NCBI GenBank assembly: GCA_002480085.1
Contig: DKPJ01000017.1
Location: 205,684 to 245,683, forward strand
Length of the DNA stretch: 40,000 nt
From: Enterobacteriaceae bacterium UBA7338
GTDB lineage: Bacteria; Pseudomonadota; Gammaproteobacteria; Enterobacterales; Enterobacteriaceae
Direction of reading: 5' to 3'
The notes beneath the pieces are model-generated. The model did not search any database, was not told the origin of the DNA, and was given only the letters and a program-made list of their open reading frames with translations. Each line of letters opens with the position of its first letter. Position 1 is the stretch's first letter. Below are positions 1 through 8,723 of this stretch, piece after piece. A program made the position numbers and the translations under genes.

Positions 1-180
1 TGTGGATGTCCACTTCTCTTTAGTAACCGTCAGAAGCACTGCTGCTATCGCAAGGGTTAAAACCATGCAGAGAGCGATCGTCCATTTCCCACGCCAAAGT
101 TGAAAAATAAGATCAAGTAAATCAATCTGTTCTGGATTTTTGCTTCCATTGGATACTGTATTATTGTCGTTGTGCGTCAT
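1..180 (-). CDS. wzzB: O-antigen chain-length determinant Wzz (Cld), N-terminal 60 codons only; the gene runs off the left edge
   Basis: Hand translation of the reverse strand from ATG at 180..178 gives MTHNDNNTVSNGSKNPEQIDLLDLIFQLWRGKWTIALCMVLTLAIAAVLLTVTKEKWTST, open to position 1. The pattern PEQIDL..L..QLWRGK, a TM helix, then KEKWTST is the conserved N-terminus of enterobacterial WzzB as I recall it. It lies downstream of ugd as in E. coli. It is absent from the ORF track because it is truncated. Confidence 0.8.
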   Translation of the reverse strand, partial: MTHNDNNTVSNGSKNPEQIDLLDLIFQLWRGKWTIALCMVLTLAIAAVLLTVTKEKWTST

Positions 181-221
181 AGCAGCCTTGTTAATAATAA
201 GAGCAAGTAACCGTTTAGTTA

Positions 222-250
222 CCGTAGTGTACCTACGGCATTTTTTTTTT
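222..250 (+). other. Stem-loop (CCGTAG/tgtac/CTACGG) followed by CA and a T10 run. It looks like a terminator on the + strand and lies in the wzz promoter/leader region.
   Basis: Directly visible inverted repeat 222-227 / 233-238 with a 5-nt loop, then T x10 at 241-250. No + strand gene lies upstream. On the minus strand it reads A10 + hairpin, 41 nt upstream of the wzz ATG. The function is not established. Confidence 0.4.
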
Positions 251-356
251 CTATAAGATTCATTCTAATTGATTATCAAATTGTTGCAGAGAAATTTGCA
301 GAAAATTATTGTATGAAATATGAGCAAATTCATTTGGTTAAGGGATTGAATTGCTC

Positions 357-387
357 AAAAAAAAACCTGATGTCAAGCATCAGGTTT
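357..387 (-). terminator. Rho-independent terminator downstream of ugd
   Basis: The minus-strand RNA reads AAACCUGAUG-CUUGA-CAUCAGGUUU followed by a U run (forward A run 357-365). The stem is a perfect 8-10 bp and lies 27 nt after the ugd stop codon. Confidence 0.75.
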
Positions 388-413
388 CTTGTCTTTGGTC
401 TTCTGGAAAAATA

Positions 414-1580
414 TCAGTCGTTGCCGAAGAGATCGCGGGTGTAAACCTTATCTGCAACATCCTGCAGATCTATCGCCATGCGATTTGAGATAATGACATC
501 AGCCTCTTGTTTAAACGCGGCTATATCACGCACGACTCGCGAGTTGTAAAATTGATCCTCTTTCATTACCGGTTCATAGATAATGACCTCTACCCCTTTG
601 GCTTTTATACGTTTCATAATTCCCTGAATTGAGGAGGCGCGGAAATTATCTGAACCGCTCTTCATTATCAAACGATAAACGCCCACTACCTTTGGCTGAC
701 GCGAGAGAATGGCATCGGCAATAAAGTCTTTCCGGGTGCGGTTAGCTTCTACAATGGCAGAAACAATGTTGTTAGGTACCGATTTATAGTTGGCGACCAG
801 CTGCTTCGTATCTTTGGGTAAACAGTAACCACCGTAGCCAAAGGAGGGGTTGTTATAGTGATTACCAATACGTGGATCGAGGCATACCCCTTCAATAATC
901 TGTCGGGTATTTAAGCCGAGGCTTTCCGCGTAGCTATCCAACTCGTTAAAGTAAGCGACGCGCATTGCCAGGTAGGTATTGGCAAACAGTTTGATGGCTT
1001 CAGCTTCGGTAGAGTCGGTAAAGAGCACCGGGATATCGGTTTTGATCGCCCCTTCGACCAGCAGCTCGGCGAAACGCTCGGCACGAAGCGAGCGCTCGCC
1101 GATGACGATCCGCGACGGATGAAGGTTGTCGTACAGGGCACGTCCCTCACGCAGAAACTCTGGCGAGAAGATGACGTTATCAATGCCCAGGGACTCTTTG
1201 ATTTTTTGCGTAAAGCCAACGGGAACCGTTGATTTGATTACCATCACCGCATCTGGGTTGATCTCATTAACGTCTTTAATGACCGCTTCAACGCTGGTGG
1301 TACAAAAATAGTTGGTTTTGGGGTCGTAATCCGTTGGCGTGGCGATAATCACATAATCTGCATCGCGATAGGCATCGTACTTATCAGTGGTGGCACGAAA
1401 ATTAAGGGGCTTAGTTTTAAGATATTCCTCAATTTCCCTGTCGGCAATGGGTGACTTCTCCTGGTTCAGCAGGTCCACTTTTTCCTGCACGATATCCAGG
1501 GCAACAACTTCATGGTTCTGGGCAATTAAAATACCGTTGGAGAGGCCTACATAACCCGTACCGGAGATTGTAATTTTCAT
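414..1580 (-). CDS. ugd: UDP-glucose 6-dehydrogenase
   Basis: 388-aa ORF. It has the N-terminal Rossmann motif [12 protein letters not shown] and the catalytic-Cys motif [10 protein letters not shown] of the UDP-glucose/GDP-mannose dehydrogenase family. The length matches E. coli Ugd, and the gnd-ugd-wzz synteny is conserved. Confidence 0.95.
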   Translation of the reverse strand: MKITISGTGYVGLSNGILIAQNHEVVALDIVQEKVDLLNQEKSPIADREIEEYLKTKPLNFRATTDKYDAYRDADYVIIATPTDYDPKTNYFCTTSVEAVIKDVNEINPDAVMVIKSTVPVGFTQKIKESLGIDNVIFSPEFLREGRALYDNLHPSRIVIGERSLRAERFAELLVEGAIKTDIPVLFTDSTEAEAIKLFANTYLAMRVAYFNELDSYAESLGLNTRQIIEGVCLDPRIGNHYNNPSFGYGGYCLPKDTKQLVANYKSVPNNIVSAIVEANRTRKDFIADAILSRQPKVVGVYRLIMKSGSDNFRASSIQGIMKRIKAKGVEVIIYEPVMKEDQFYNSRVVRDIAAFKQEADVIISNRMAIDLQDVADKVYTRDLFGND

Positions 1581-1761
1581 ACGTTTGACTTTTTCTCGTT
1601 AAAGAACGTAGTGCCTGAAAACGACACAGCCAGTGAGTGGAGCGGCTTTTACGATAACGATAAGGCGATTATAGTGTCAATACGACGAAATGATATTCAG
1701 ATAAGCTTTATAACAAGTAGCAGATAAATACCTTTTTTAACAAAATACAATCAGACAGAAT

Positions 1762-1791
1762 AAAAAAAAGCCCGGTAAAAAAACCGGGCTT
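1762..1791 (-). terminator. Rho-independent terminator downstream of gnd
   Basis: The minus-strand RNA reads AAGCCCGGU-UUUUUU-ACCGGGCUU followed by a U run (forward A run 1762-1767). The stem is a perfect 9 bp, 23 nt after the gnd stop. It is unidirectional, with no U run on the + strand side. Confidence 0.8.
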
Positions 1792-1813
1792 AAGGATAAA
1801 TTAATAAATCAGA

Positions 1814-3220
1814 TTATTCCAGCCATTCGGTATGGAATACACCTTCTTTATCAGTACGTTTGTAGGTGTGCGCACCGAAGTAGTCGCGCTGGGCCTGGAT
1901 CAGGTTAGCTGGCAGTACCGCAGCGCGGTAGCTGTCGTAGTAGGCGACGGCTGCACCGAAGGTCGGTACCGGAATACCGTTCTGTACGGCATAGGCAACC
2001 ACGTCACGCAGGGCCTGCTGATAGTCATCGGCGATCTGCTTGAAGTAAGGTGCCAGCAGCAGGTTGGCAATGGCCGGAGTCTCAGCGTAGGCGTCAGTGA
2101 TTTTCTGCAGGAACTGGGCGCGGATGATGCAGCCAGCGCGGAAAATTTTGGCGATTTCGCCGTAGTTCAGATCCCAGTTGTACTCTTCAGATGCCGCACG
2201 CAGCTGGGAGAAGCCCTGAGCGTAAGAGACGATTTTGCCCAGATAGAGCGCACGGCGTACCTTCTCGATAAACTCGGCTTTATCACCAGCCGGCTGCGAC
2301 TGCGGGCCACTCAGCACTTTAGAAGCGGCAACGCGCTGCTCTTTCAGCGAGGAGATGTAACGCGCAAATACAGACTCGGTGATCAGCGACAGCGGCTCAC
2401 CAAGATCCAGCGAGCTCTGGCTGGTCCACTTACCGGTGCCTTTGTTCGCTGCTTCATCAAGGATCACATCAACCAGGTATTTACCCTCTTCATCTTTCTT
2501 GGTGAAGATATCTTTGGTGATGTCGATCAGGTAGCTGCTCAGCTCGCCTTTGTTCCACTCGGTGAAAGTCTGGGCCAGCTCTTCGTTGGAGAGGTTCAGG
2601 CCGCCTTTTAGCAGAGAATAGGCTTCTGCGATCAGCTGCATATCACCGTATTCGATGCCGTTGTGCACCATCTTCACGTAGTGGCCCGCACCGTCAGCAC
2701 CAATGTAGGTGACGCAAGGTTCGCCGTCTTCCGCGACTGCCGCAATTTTAGTCAGAATTGGAGCAACCAGCTCGTATGCCTCTTTCTGGCCGCCAGGCAT
2801 GATAGAAGGCCCTTTCAGCGCGCCCTCTTCACCGCCGGACACGCCAGTACCGATGAAGTTGAAGCCTTCCGCAGAGAGTTCACGGTTACGACGGATGGTG
2901 TCGTGGAAGAAGGTGTTGCCGCCATCGATAATGATGTCGCCTTTATCAAGGTATGGCTTCAGAGAGTTAATTGCCGCGTCAGTGCCCGCGCCCGCCTGCA
3001 CCATTAAGAGGATACGACGAGGTGTCTCAAGCGATTCAACGAACTCCTGCACGGTGTAGTAAGGCACCAGTTTTTTGCCAGGGTTTTCGGCAACCACTTC
3101 TTCAGTTTTTTCACGGGAGCGGTTAAAAACGGAGACGGTATAACCACGGCTTTCAATGTTAAGGGCCAGATTGCGCCCCATCACGGCCATACCGACGACG
3201 CCGATCTGCTGTTTAGACAT
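1814..3220 (-). CDS. gnd: 6-phosphogluconate dehydrogenase (decarboxylating)
   Basis: 468-aa ORF that is nearly colinear and near-identical to E. coli Gnd as I recall it ([30 protein letters not shown]..., IIDGGNTFF, ...GVFHTEWLE). The leader ...CAGGAGTATGTAATG is conserved. Confidence 0.97.
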   Translation of the reverse strand: MSKQQIGVVGMAVMGRNLALNIESRGYTVSVFNRSREKTEEVVAENPGKKLVPYYTVQEFVESLETPRRILLMVQAGAGTDAAINSLKPYLDKGDIIIDGGNTFFHDTIRRNRELSAEGFNFIGTGVSGGEEGALKGPSIMPGGQKEAYELVAPILTKIAAVAEDGEPCVTYIGADGAGHYVKMVHNGIEYGDMQLIAEAYSLLKGGLNLSNEELAQTFTEWNKGELSSYLIDITKDIFTKKDEEGKYLVDVILDEAANKGTGKWTSQSSLDLGEPLSLITESVFARYISSLKEQRVAASKVLSGPQSQPAGDKAEFIEKVRRALYLGKIVSYAQGFSQLRAASEEYNWDLNYGEIAKIFRAGCIIRAQFLQKITDAYAETPAIANLLLAPYFKQIADDYQQALRDVVAYAVQNGIPVPTFGAAVAYYDSYRAAVLPANLIQAQRDYFGAHTYKRTDKEGVFHTEWLE

Positions 3221-3338
3221 TACATACTCCTGTCAGGTGTTGAACTGCGAAGCATAACGCAGTTTTAATGTTGAACTTATGTTAACTCAGGATGCACAAA
3301 ATTCGAAAATATTTGCTGATAGGTCAGAGCAGGCGCTG

Positions 3339-4361
3339 TTATGCGTGGTTTTTATAACCATTCGGATTCTTTTGCTGCCAGTTCCATGCATCTCTGACCA
3401 TATCATCCAGATCCCGTTGGGCCTGCCAACCCAGCTCTGTACGCGCTTTAGAAGAGTCAGACCAACACTCAGCAATGTCTCCTGAACGTCTTTCAGCAAA
3501 GACATAAGGCACCGAGAGCGCTGTGACACGCTTGAACGCTGCCAGGATATCAAGCACAGAATAGCCCTTGCCGGTTCCCAGATTATAAATTTTGAGATTG
3601 GGGGTATCCTGCCGTTGCTTTAACGCTGCGATATGGCCTTCAGCAAGATCCATGACGTGGATAAAATCACGCACACCGGTACCGTCTTTTGTTGGATAGT
3701 CATTGCCATAGACTGAGAGACAGTCGCGTTTACCGATAGCAACCTGACAAACATAAGGCATAAGGTTGTTTGGCGTTCCGTTGGGATCTTCACCCATTTC
3801 ACCCGACGGGTGCGCACCAACCGGATTGAAGTAGCGTAAAACGGTTACGTTCAGAACTGGATAAGCGAGCGACAAATCTGAGAGGATTTTTTCAACCATG
3901 AGCTTCGAGGTGCCATAAGGATTTGTTGTGCCTCCTACTCGACACGCCTCGGTTAATGGAATTGTTTCCGGCTCGCCATACACGGTCGCAGAGGAGCTAA
4001 AAATCAAATTATGCACCCCGGCCCTCATCATTTCATCAAAGAGACACAGGCTGCCTGTAATGTTAACTTCATAGTATTTAAGGGGTTGTGAGACGGATTC
4101 ACCAACTGACTTCAGCCCAGCAAAGTGGATCACATCTGAAATACGTTTTTCAGCGAAGATTTTCTGTAGGAGAACGCGATCCAGAATATCACCCTGGTAG
4201 AAAAAGGGTTCAATACCCGTAATTGCTTTGATTCTGTTTAAGGCTTCGGGAGAGGAGTTAGACAGGTCATCGATAATGACAACGTCTTCACCTTTTTCAA
4301 GTAGTGCTACTACCGTATGCGAGCCTATATAGCCCAGTCCACCTGTCACAAGAATAGCCAT
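3339..4361 (-). CDS. gne: GalE-family UDP-hexose 4-epimerase, predicted to accept UDP-GlcNAc/UDP-GalNAc (Gne type)
   Basis: 340-aa ORF. It has the SDR Rossmann motif VTGGLGYIGSH and the catalytic YGTSKLMVE (YxxxK). It is colinear with E. coli GalE (LRYFNPVGAHPSGEMGEDP). The gatekeeper residue 299 is Cys (GDIAECWSD; codon TGT at 3467..3465) where E. coli GalE has Tyr299 (GDLPAYWAD). It is the last gene of the O-antigen cluster, next to gnd. Confidence 0.9.
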   Translation of the reverse strand: MAILVTGGLGYIGSHTVVALLEKGEDVVIIDDLSNSSPEALNRIKAITGIEPFFYQGDILDRVLLQKIFAEKRISDVIHFAGLKSVGESVSQPLKYYEVNITGSLCLFDEMMRAGVHNLIFSSSATVYGEPETIPLTEACRVGGTTNPYGTSKLMVEKILSDLSLAYPVLNVTVLRYFNPVGAHPSGEMGEDPNGTPNNLMPYVCQVAIGKRDCLSVYGNDYPTKDGTGVRDFIHVMDLAEGHIAALKQRQDTPNLKIYNLGTGKGYSVLDILAAFKRVTALSVPYVFAERRSGDIAECWSDSSKARTELGWQAQRDLDDMVRDAWNWQQKNPNGYKNHA

Positions 4362-4457
4362 ACAATTTTTAACCTTATTTAATGTTTGTGTATTTACCCG
4401 CTAAAAACCATGGGTATACTTAACACTTAATAAAAAGCAGTCATCCCAGAGTTAAAA

Positions 4458-5585
4458 TTATTTATTCTCTAACAGGATATTAATCAACTTGTCAGTTGCG
4501 ACATTTTCATCGAATTTTTCTTCGGCCATGCGACGACTCTCTTGGCCCATTAATACAATTTGCTGCGGATCGGTGATGAAAGCCATCATTGCATCAGCAA
4601 GGGCTTCAACGTTCCACGGTGGGATCATAAAGCCATTTGAGCCGTGACGCACGGTCTCTCGGCAACCTGGGACATCGGTGGTGATCACTGCCCGGCCAAT
4701 AGACATGGCTTCCTGGGTACTACGCGGTATTCCTTCCCGATATGAGGGCAAAACGAACACGCTAAGATCGGTCAAATAACCTTTCACATTGGATATCTGC
4801 CCCAGAAATTCAACATGCCCCTCTCTTTTCCAGACATCGAGTTGCTCGCGAGTGATTCCCCCAGGGTTATCATCGATTGCACCGGCAATGCTAAACCGAA
4901 CAGCCGGGTATTTCTCTTTAACGAGCTTTGCCGCCTGAACAAATTCTCTCACCCCTTTTTCGACCAATAGCCGTGAGACCATGCCAAAATGAATGGTATC
5001 CGTTGCTGGCGAACTGTAAGCGTACTCGTTAAGGTTGACGCCAATGCCTCCAATCACCTCAGCATCCGCAATAGCGATCTTGTTTTGCACGATCAGGTCA
5101 TGGTAGTCGTCACGGTTGAGAAAGAGAACTTTTTTAGAACGCGGCAGGGTCACCTTATACAGAAAGGTTTGCACATTTTTTAATATTTGTTTTTTAAACG
5201 AGTCCTTTTTGAGATGTGCAGTATAACAAAAACCTAAACCTTCCAGCAGGTTATAAATACGTTTAACCCCAGCAAGCTTAGCTGCGAGCGTGCCAAAAAT
5301 AACCGGCTTGGGGAAAAAAGAGAAAACGACATCAGGATCAATATTACGTATCTTTTTTGACAACGCGAATGTATTAATCATATCTGACAGAGGATTCATA
5401 CCGGAGCGTGAAAAATGATATTGTTCGGGCACAGCTCCAAGTTGTGAAATCTGCTGGAATTTTTCACTGTCGTAATCCATGGTGAGGACATGAACGCTCA
5501 CGCCTCTGGATACAAGTTGTTCAATTACCTTTTTTCGGAAAAGAATAATCGTGCTAGCTTGATTCCCTATGAGCAGAATTTTCAT
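4458..5585 (-). CDS. GT4 (GT-B) glycosyltransferase, PglA-like; a candidate HexNAc (GalNAc) transferase
   Basis: 375-aa ORF. The C-terminal region LPSYREGIPRSTQEAMSIGRAVITTDVPGCRE is an EX7E-type GT4 motif. The N-terminal half (MKILLIGNQAS...HFSRSGMNPLSD...LLEGLGFCYT) resembles Campylobacter PglA as I recall it. It is AT-rich and lies inside the O-antigen cluster. Confidence 0.8.
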   Translation of the reverse strand: MKILLIGNQASTIILFRKKVIEQLVSRGVSVHVLTMDYDSEKFQQISQLGAVPEQYHFSRSGMNPLSDMINTFALSKKIRNIDPDVVFSFFPKPVIFGTLAAKLAGVKRIYNLLEGLGFCYTAHLKKDSFKKQILKNVQTFLYKVTLPRSKKVLFLNRDDYHDLIVQNKIAIADAEVIGGIGVNLNEYAYSSPATDTIHFGMVSRLLVEKGVREFVQAAKLVKEKYPAVRFSIAGAIDDNPGGITREQLDVWKREGHVEFLGQISNVKGYLTDLSVFVLPSYREGIPRSTQEAMSIGRAVITTDVPGCRETVRHGSNGFMIPPWNVEALADAMMAFITDPQQIVLMGQESRRMAEEKFDENVATDKLINILLENK

Positions 5586-6688
5586 TTATCAACCTGTTCT
5601 GTTTTGTAAATGCTCAACCACCGATCTACAACTGAAGTAATAGAGAAGTTTTTAATAATGTGGTCTCGATTTTGGGTCGCAATAAGATCTTTACGCTCTG
5701 CGCTAAATTCACTCACTTCGACTATTTTATCAGCCAAAGCGGTAGAGTTTGAAACAGGCACTACAAAATCAGCATTACCAATAACTTCCTTAACGCCGCC
5801 AGCATCCGTACATACTGCAATACGCTTGCAGGCCATTGCTTCTGCGACAACTAAGCCAAAACCTTCCCACTCGGAGGCGAGGACAAAGAGATCGCAGGCG
5901 GGGTAGTAAGTGTTAACCGCATTGATGCTGCCCAGTAGCGTGATGCGAGAGGATAACCCTAACTCCTGAATACGTTTTTCAATATCGCTACGCAGCTCAC
6001 CTTCACCAATGATAATAAGCCGATAGTTCTCCGGCAGGGTCTTAAAGGCGTTAAGAAGATTGGGATAATCTTTAGCTGCCGTTAATCGTCCGACGGTGAG
6101 AATAGCTGTCTCGTCATCCTGGATGTTCAACTGATGTCTTAGCGCATTTCTGCTATCACTACTGTAATTAAACTTCTCGACATCAATTCCATTGTAGACA
6201 ACTTCTGCGTGCGCGGGCGAAAAAGCCTTTTTTTGAATAAATTCATCCAGGGCTTCTTTACTAACATTAGTGCAAACATCCGCAAAACGATCGGTGAGGC
6301 GGTATATAAACATTCTCAATGAACCGCCTTCATTTTTACTGTGCGCAGTACTGATAAGTTGGTAACCTTTTGGGAACAGCAACCCAACCAGTCTCATTAT
6401 AATATTGGCATGAAACATATGGCTATGTACAACGGACGGTTGATAATCTTTAATTATCTTGTAACAATCAAAAATCGCCTTTATAAAAGAGAATGGATTT
6501 TTCTTTGAATTAAGATTGATAATTTGAATATTACTCTCTTCCGGGCGAATAACAGTTTCGCCACTTAAAGAAACTATTTTAACTTCATATCCACGCTGAT
6601 AAAATTTATCAGCCAGAATGCATAACTGGCGTTCTGCCCCTCCCAACCCCATGCCAGTGATGACAAACAGCAGTTTATTATTGAACAT
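5582..6688 (-). CDS. GT4 (GT-B) glycosyltransferase
   Basis: The ORF track gives 5582..6703 (373 aa). I prefer the ATG at 6688 (MFNNKLLFVITGMGLGGAERQ, 368 aa) because GGAGAG sits just upstream (ATGGAGAGTCAAATAATG). It carries the GT4 motifs GGAERQ and ASEWEGFGLVVAEAMA (EX7E). A 4-nt overlap with the downstream GT4 suggests translational coupling. Confidence 0.8.
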   Translation of the reverse strand: MFNNKLLFVITGMGLGGAERQLCILADKFYQRGYEVKIVSLSGETVIRPEESNIQIINLNSKKNPFSFIKAIFDCYKIIKDYQPSVVHSHMFHANIIMRLVGLLFPKGYQLISTAHSKNEGGSLRMFIYRLTDRFADVCTNVSKEALDEFIQKKAFSPAHAEVVYNGIDVEKFNYSSDSRNALRHQLNIQDDETAILTVGRLTAAKDYPNLLNAFKTLPENYRLIIIGEGELRSDIEKRIQELGLSSRITLLGSINAVNTYYPACDLFVLASEWEGFGLVVAEAMACKRIAVCTDAGGVKEVIGNADFVVPVSNSTALADKIVEVSEFSAERKDLIATQNRDHIIKNFSITSVVDRWLSIYKTEQVDK

Positions 6689-7835
6689 TATTTGACTCTC
6701 CATCTAGCGCTTTGTCCAGCACGGTGCTGGCTATTCTCCCTACTTCTCGCTCATCAAATATTGTTGCAGCATAATAGTTCATGTTGCCGAATGAGACTGG
6801 AGCCAAAGGGTTACGGAAATATGACATGAAACAAAACAGTAAAAAAACAAAAAAGTATAAATTAAGAAATAGCGTATTATATGTTTTAACTGCAAATATC
6901 CGCTTTATATTTTCTTTCGCATAGAGAGAGAATACAAAAATTGCCACAAAAATAAAATAGAAAGTTACCCTTGTTAAGAAAGTGATGGCACCGCTATACA
7001 GATAAATCACAGCACCCACAAAAATAAACCGATTAAACAGTCTTAAACTCTCTTGTTTCTCGATTTGCGAAGCGTAAAAAACATAAAATATTACGAATAT
7101 CAAAACTAATATATTCAACCACCCAAACTGCAGCGAGATTGGGTTCTGATCGATATAGAAGAGGATTTTTTTAAAGGCAAAATTAAACTGTGCCAGCAAG
7201 GCAATCAGTTTGATGCCAAAAATGAGTAAGAAAGCAAATAAAGAGATAGCCAGGACTGTAATGAATATAAAGGATTTTCTACTTTTAACCTTACATAAAA
7301 AAATCGCTGGTATAATTATTAATGCAGAGATATGCATGGTGGCGGCAAGAATCACACCTGCTAATAATCTGGTTAACGAATGATTACGCGAATAGTTTAT
7401 CATCGCAGCAAAGATGATAACGCAAGCAATAAACTGTCGCAGCTGCTCAAGAATGAGTGTGTAACCAAAAACCATCAGCAATGCGGATATAAAAAGGGGT
7501 TCGTTTATTTTAACTTTCGTTAAATTGTAACCTAATAGTGCAAAAGTGATCGTATAAAAAAGAAGCAGTGCAAAGCCAAAGTTTTGCCCTGCAATGAATA
7601 ATAACGTTTTAAAATAGAGGACAAAGCCCGGTTCGAAGGCTAAGTAGAGATCTGCATCCTCTGCAAAGCGAGTGTAGTAGATGCTCCAGTCAACACCATT
7701 AAGGTAGAAGGTAGTATATGAAATTATCAATACACCCCATATTAAAAATCTCAGGAAGTTTTTCGACCGTGAGTTAAACCTTCCCCAAATTAGTGACAGG
7801 AGTAACAAGGGGATGACGTTCATCAAAATAAACAT
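6678..7835 (-). CDS. wzy: O-antigen polymerase Wzy (assigned by topology and by exclusion)
   Basis: 385-aa ORF composed almost entirely of hydrophobic segments (for example LLLLSLIWG, VLIISYTTFYL, FALLLFYTITFALLGY, IIFAAMI, ILAATMHISALIIIPAIFL, VLAISLFAFLLIFGI, ILVLIFVIFYVFY, FIFVAIFVFSLY, FFVFLLFCFMSYF). It has no soluble enzymatic motif. It is the most AT-rich gene in the window and is embedded among glycosyltransferases alongside a separate wzx. It may be EpsG-like. An alternative start is Met5. Confidence 0.65.
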   Translation of the reverse strand: MFILMNVIPLLLLSLIWGRFNSRSKNFLRFLIWGVLIISYTTFYLNGVDWSIYYTRFAEDADLYLAFEPGFVLYFKTLLFIAGQNFGFALLLFYTITFALLGYNLTKVKINEPLFISALLMVFGYTLILEQLRQFIACVIIFAAMINYSRNHSLTRLLAGVILAATMHISALIIIPAIFLCKVKSRKSFIFITVLAISLFAFLLIFGIKLIALLAQFNFAFKKILFYIDQNPISLQFGWLNILVLIFVIFYVFYASQIEKQESLRLFNRFIFVGAVIYLYSGAITFLTRVTFYFIFVAIFVFSLYAKENIKRIFAVKTYNTLFLNLYFFVFLLFCFMSYFRNPLAPVSFGNMNYYAATIFDEREVGRIASTVLDKALDGESNNVQ

Positions 7836-8722
7836 TATCTACGAACCTTTTCATAGAGCGCTATCAGAACGTTTATTGGGTTAACCACTTTTAAATATTT
7901 AAAAGCACGCATCTTGCTAAAAGAGAGATATAAATTAAATTTGTTATGCAAATAGGCTATATAATGTTTATCCTGCCATCTCATGTTATTTAATCGGACT
8001 AAATCATTATATAAATAGATATTAATGCTCGAGTTCCTGGAAGTTGCCTGCGCATTGTGCACTCGATAATTCACGCTTGTAAAATCTAAAAATCCTGTTT
8101 TTATATTGCCATCAATAAGTTTTAACCAATGAGGCAGGTCCTCAAGCAAGCGATAGCGCTGATCAAATGACTTCAGGTATGTGCTATTGATGAAAGCGCC
8201 AGGAGCCATATTATTAAAATGTATATTGGCTAAAGCTCTTTTCATTTTTGATGGCTGCATTCTGCTGATATCTCTTGTCCAGGACAGAGGATATTTGCTG
8301 GGTACAGTGACACCCTCGCCAAAGGTTTCAAAGTAGGTGAAGAATGCACCATAGCTCTCGCTCGAAGGTATAATTGCTGTTCTCTTGATAAACTCCTCAA
8401 CGGCGCCGCTGAGGAGGATATCATCCGAGCCAATACATTTGATCCAGTCCCCTTTCGCAAACCTAAGCCCATTATTAAAGTTTGCTGGTATTCCACTATT
8501 TTTTTCGCTCTTGACTAACAAGCACTCTATATGGGGGTGGGTAGCCTTTTTATCCTGAATCCAGTTTTCAATAATCTCGATACTATTATCTGTAGAGTAA
8601 TCGTCTGTAATAATTATCTGAATTGACTTATAGGTTTGATTTATACATGAGTCTAACGTTTCCGCAATATACTGCTCTGCATTATAACTTGCGACGATAA
8701 TTGTTACTAAGATAGTATCCAT
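7835..8722 (-). CDS. GT2 (GT-A) glycosyltransferase
   Basis: 295-aa ORF with N-terminal IIVASYNAEQYI, the acidic motif ITDDYSTD and the DxD-like GSDD. Its stop overlaps the wzy start by 1 nt (TAATG). Confidence 0.85.
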   Translation of the reverse strand: MDTILVTIIVASYNAEQYIAETLDSCINQTYKSIQIIITDDYSTDNSIEIIENWIQDKKATHPHIECLLVKSEKNSGIPANFNNGLRFAKGDWIKCIGSDDILLSGAVEEFIKRTAIIPSSESYGAFFTYFETFGEGVTVPSKYPLSWTRDISRMQPSKMKRALANIHFNNMAPGAFINSTYLKSFDQRYRLLEDLPHWLKLIDGNIKTGFLDFTSVNYRVHNAQATSRNSSINIYLYNDLVRLNNMRWQDKHYIAYLHNKFNLYLSFSKMRAFKYLKVVNPINVLIALYEKVRR

Positions 8723-8723
8723 A

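Noticed and set aside
1668-1680. Abutting TTGACA and TATAAT hexamers on the minus strand upstream of ugd (TTGACAcTATAAT), and a perfect TATAAT at 16164..16159 upstream of galF
   Set aside because: The two ugd hexamers are only 1 nt apart, so they cannot form one sigma-70 promoter. For both the ugd and galF TATAAT boxes, the matching -35 at 17-nt spacing is poor (3/6). They are plausible -10 elements but are not supported well enough to annotate as promoters.
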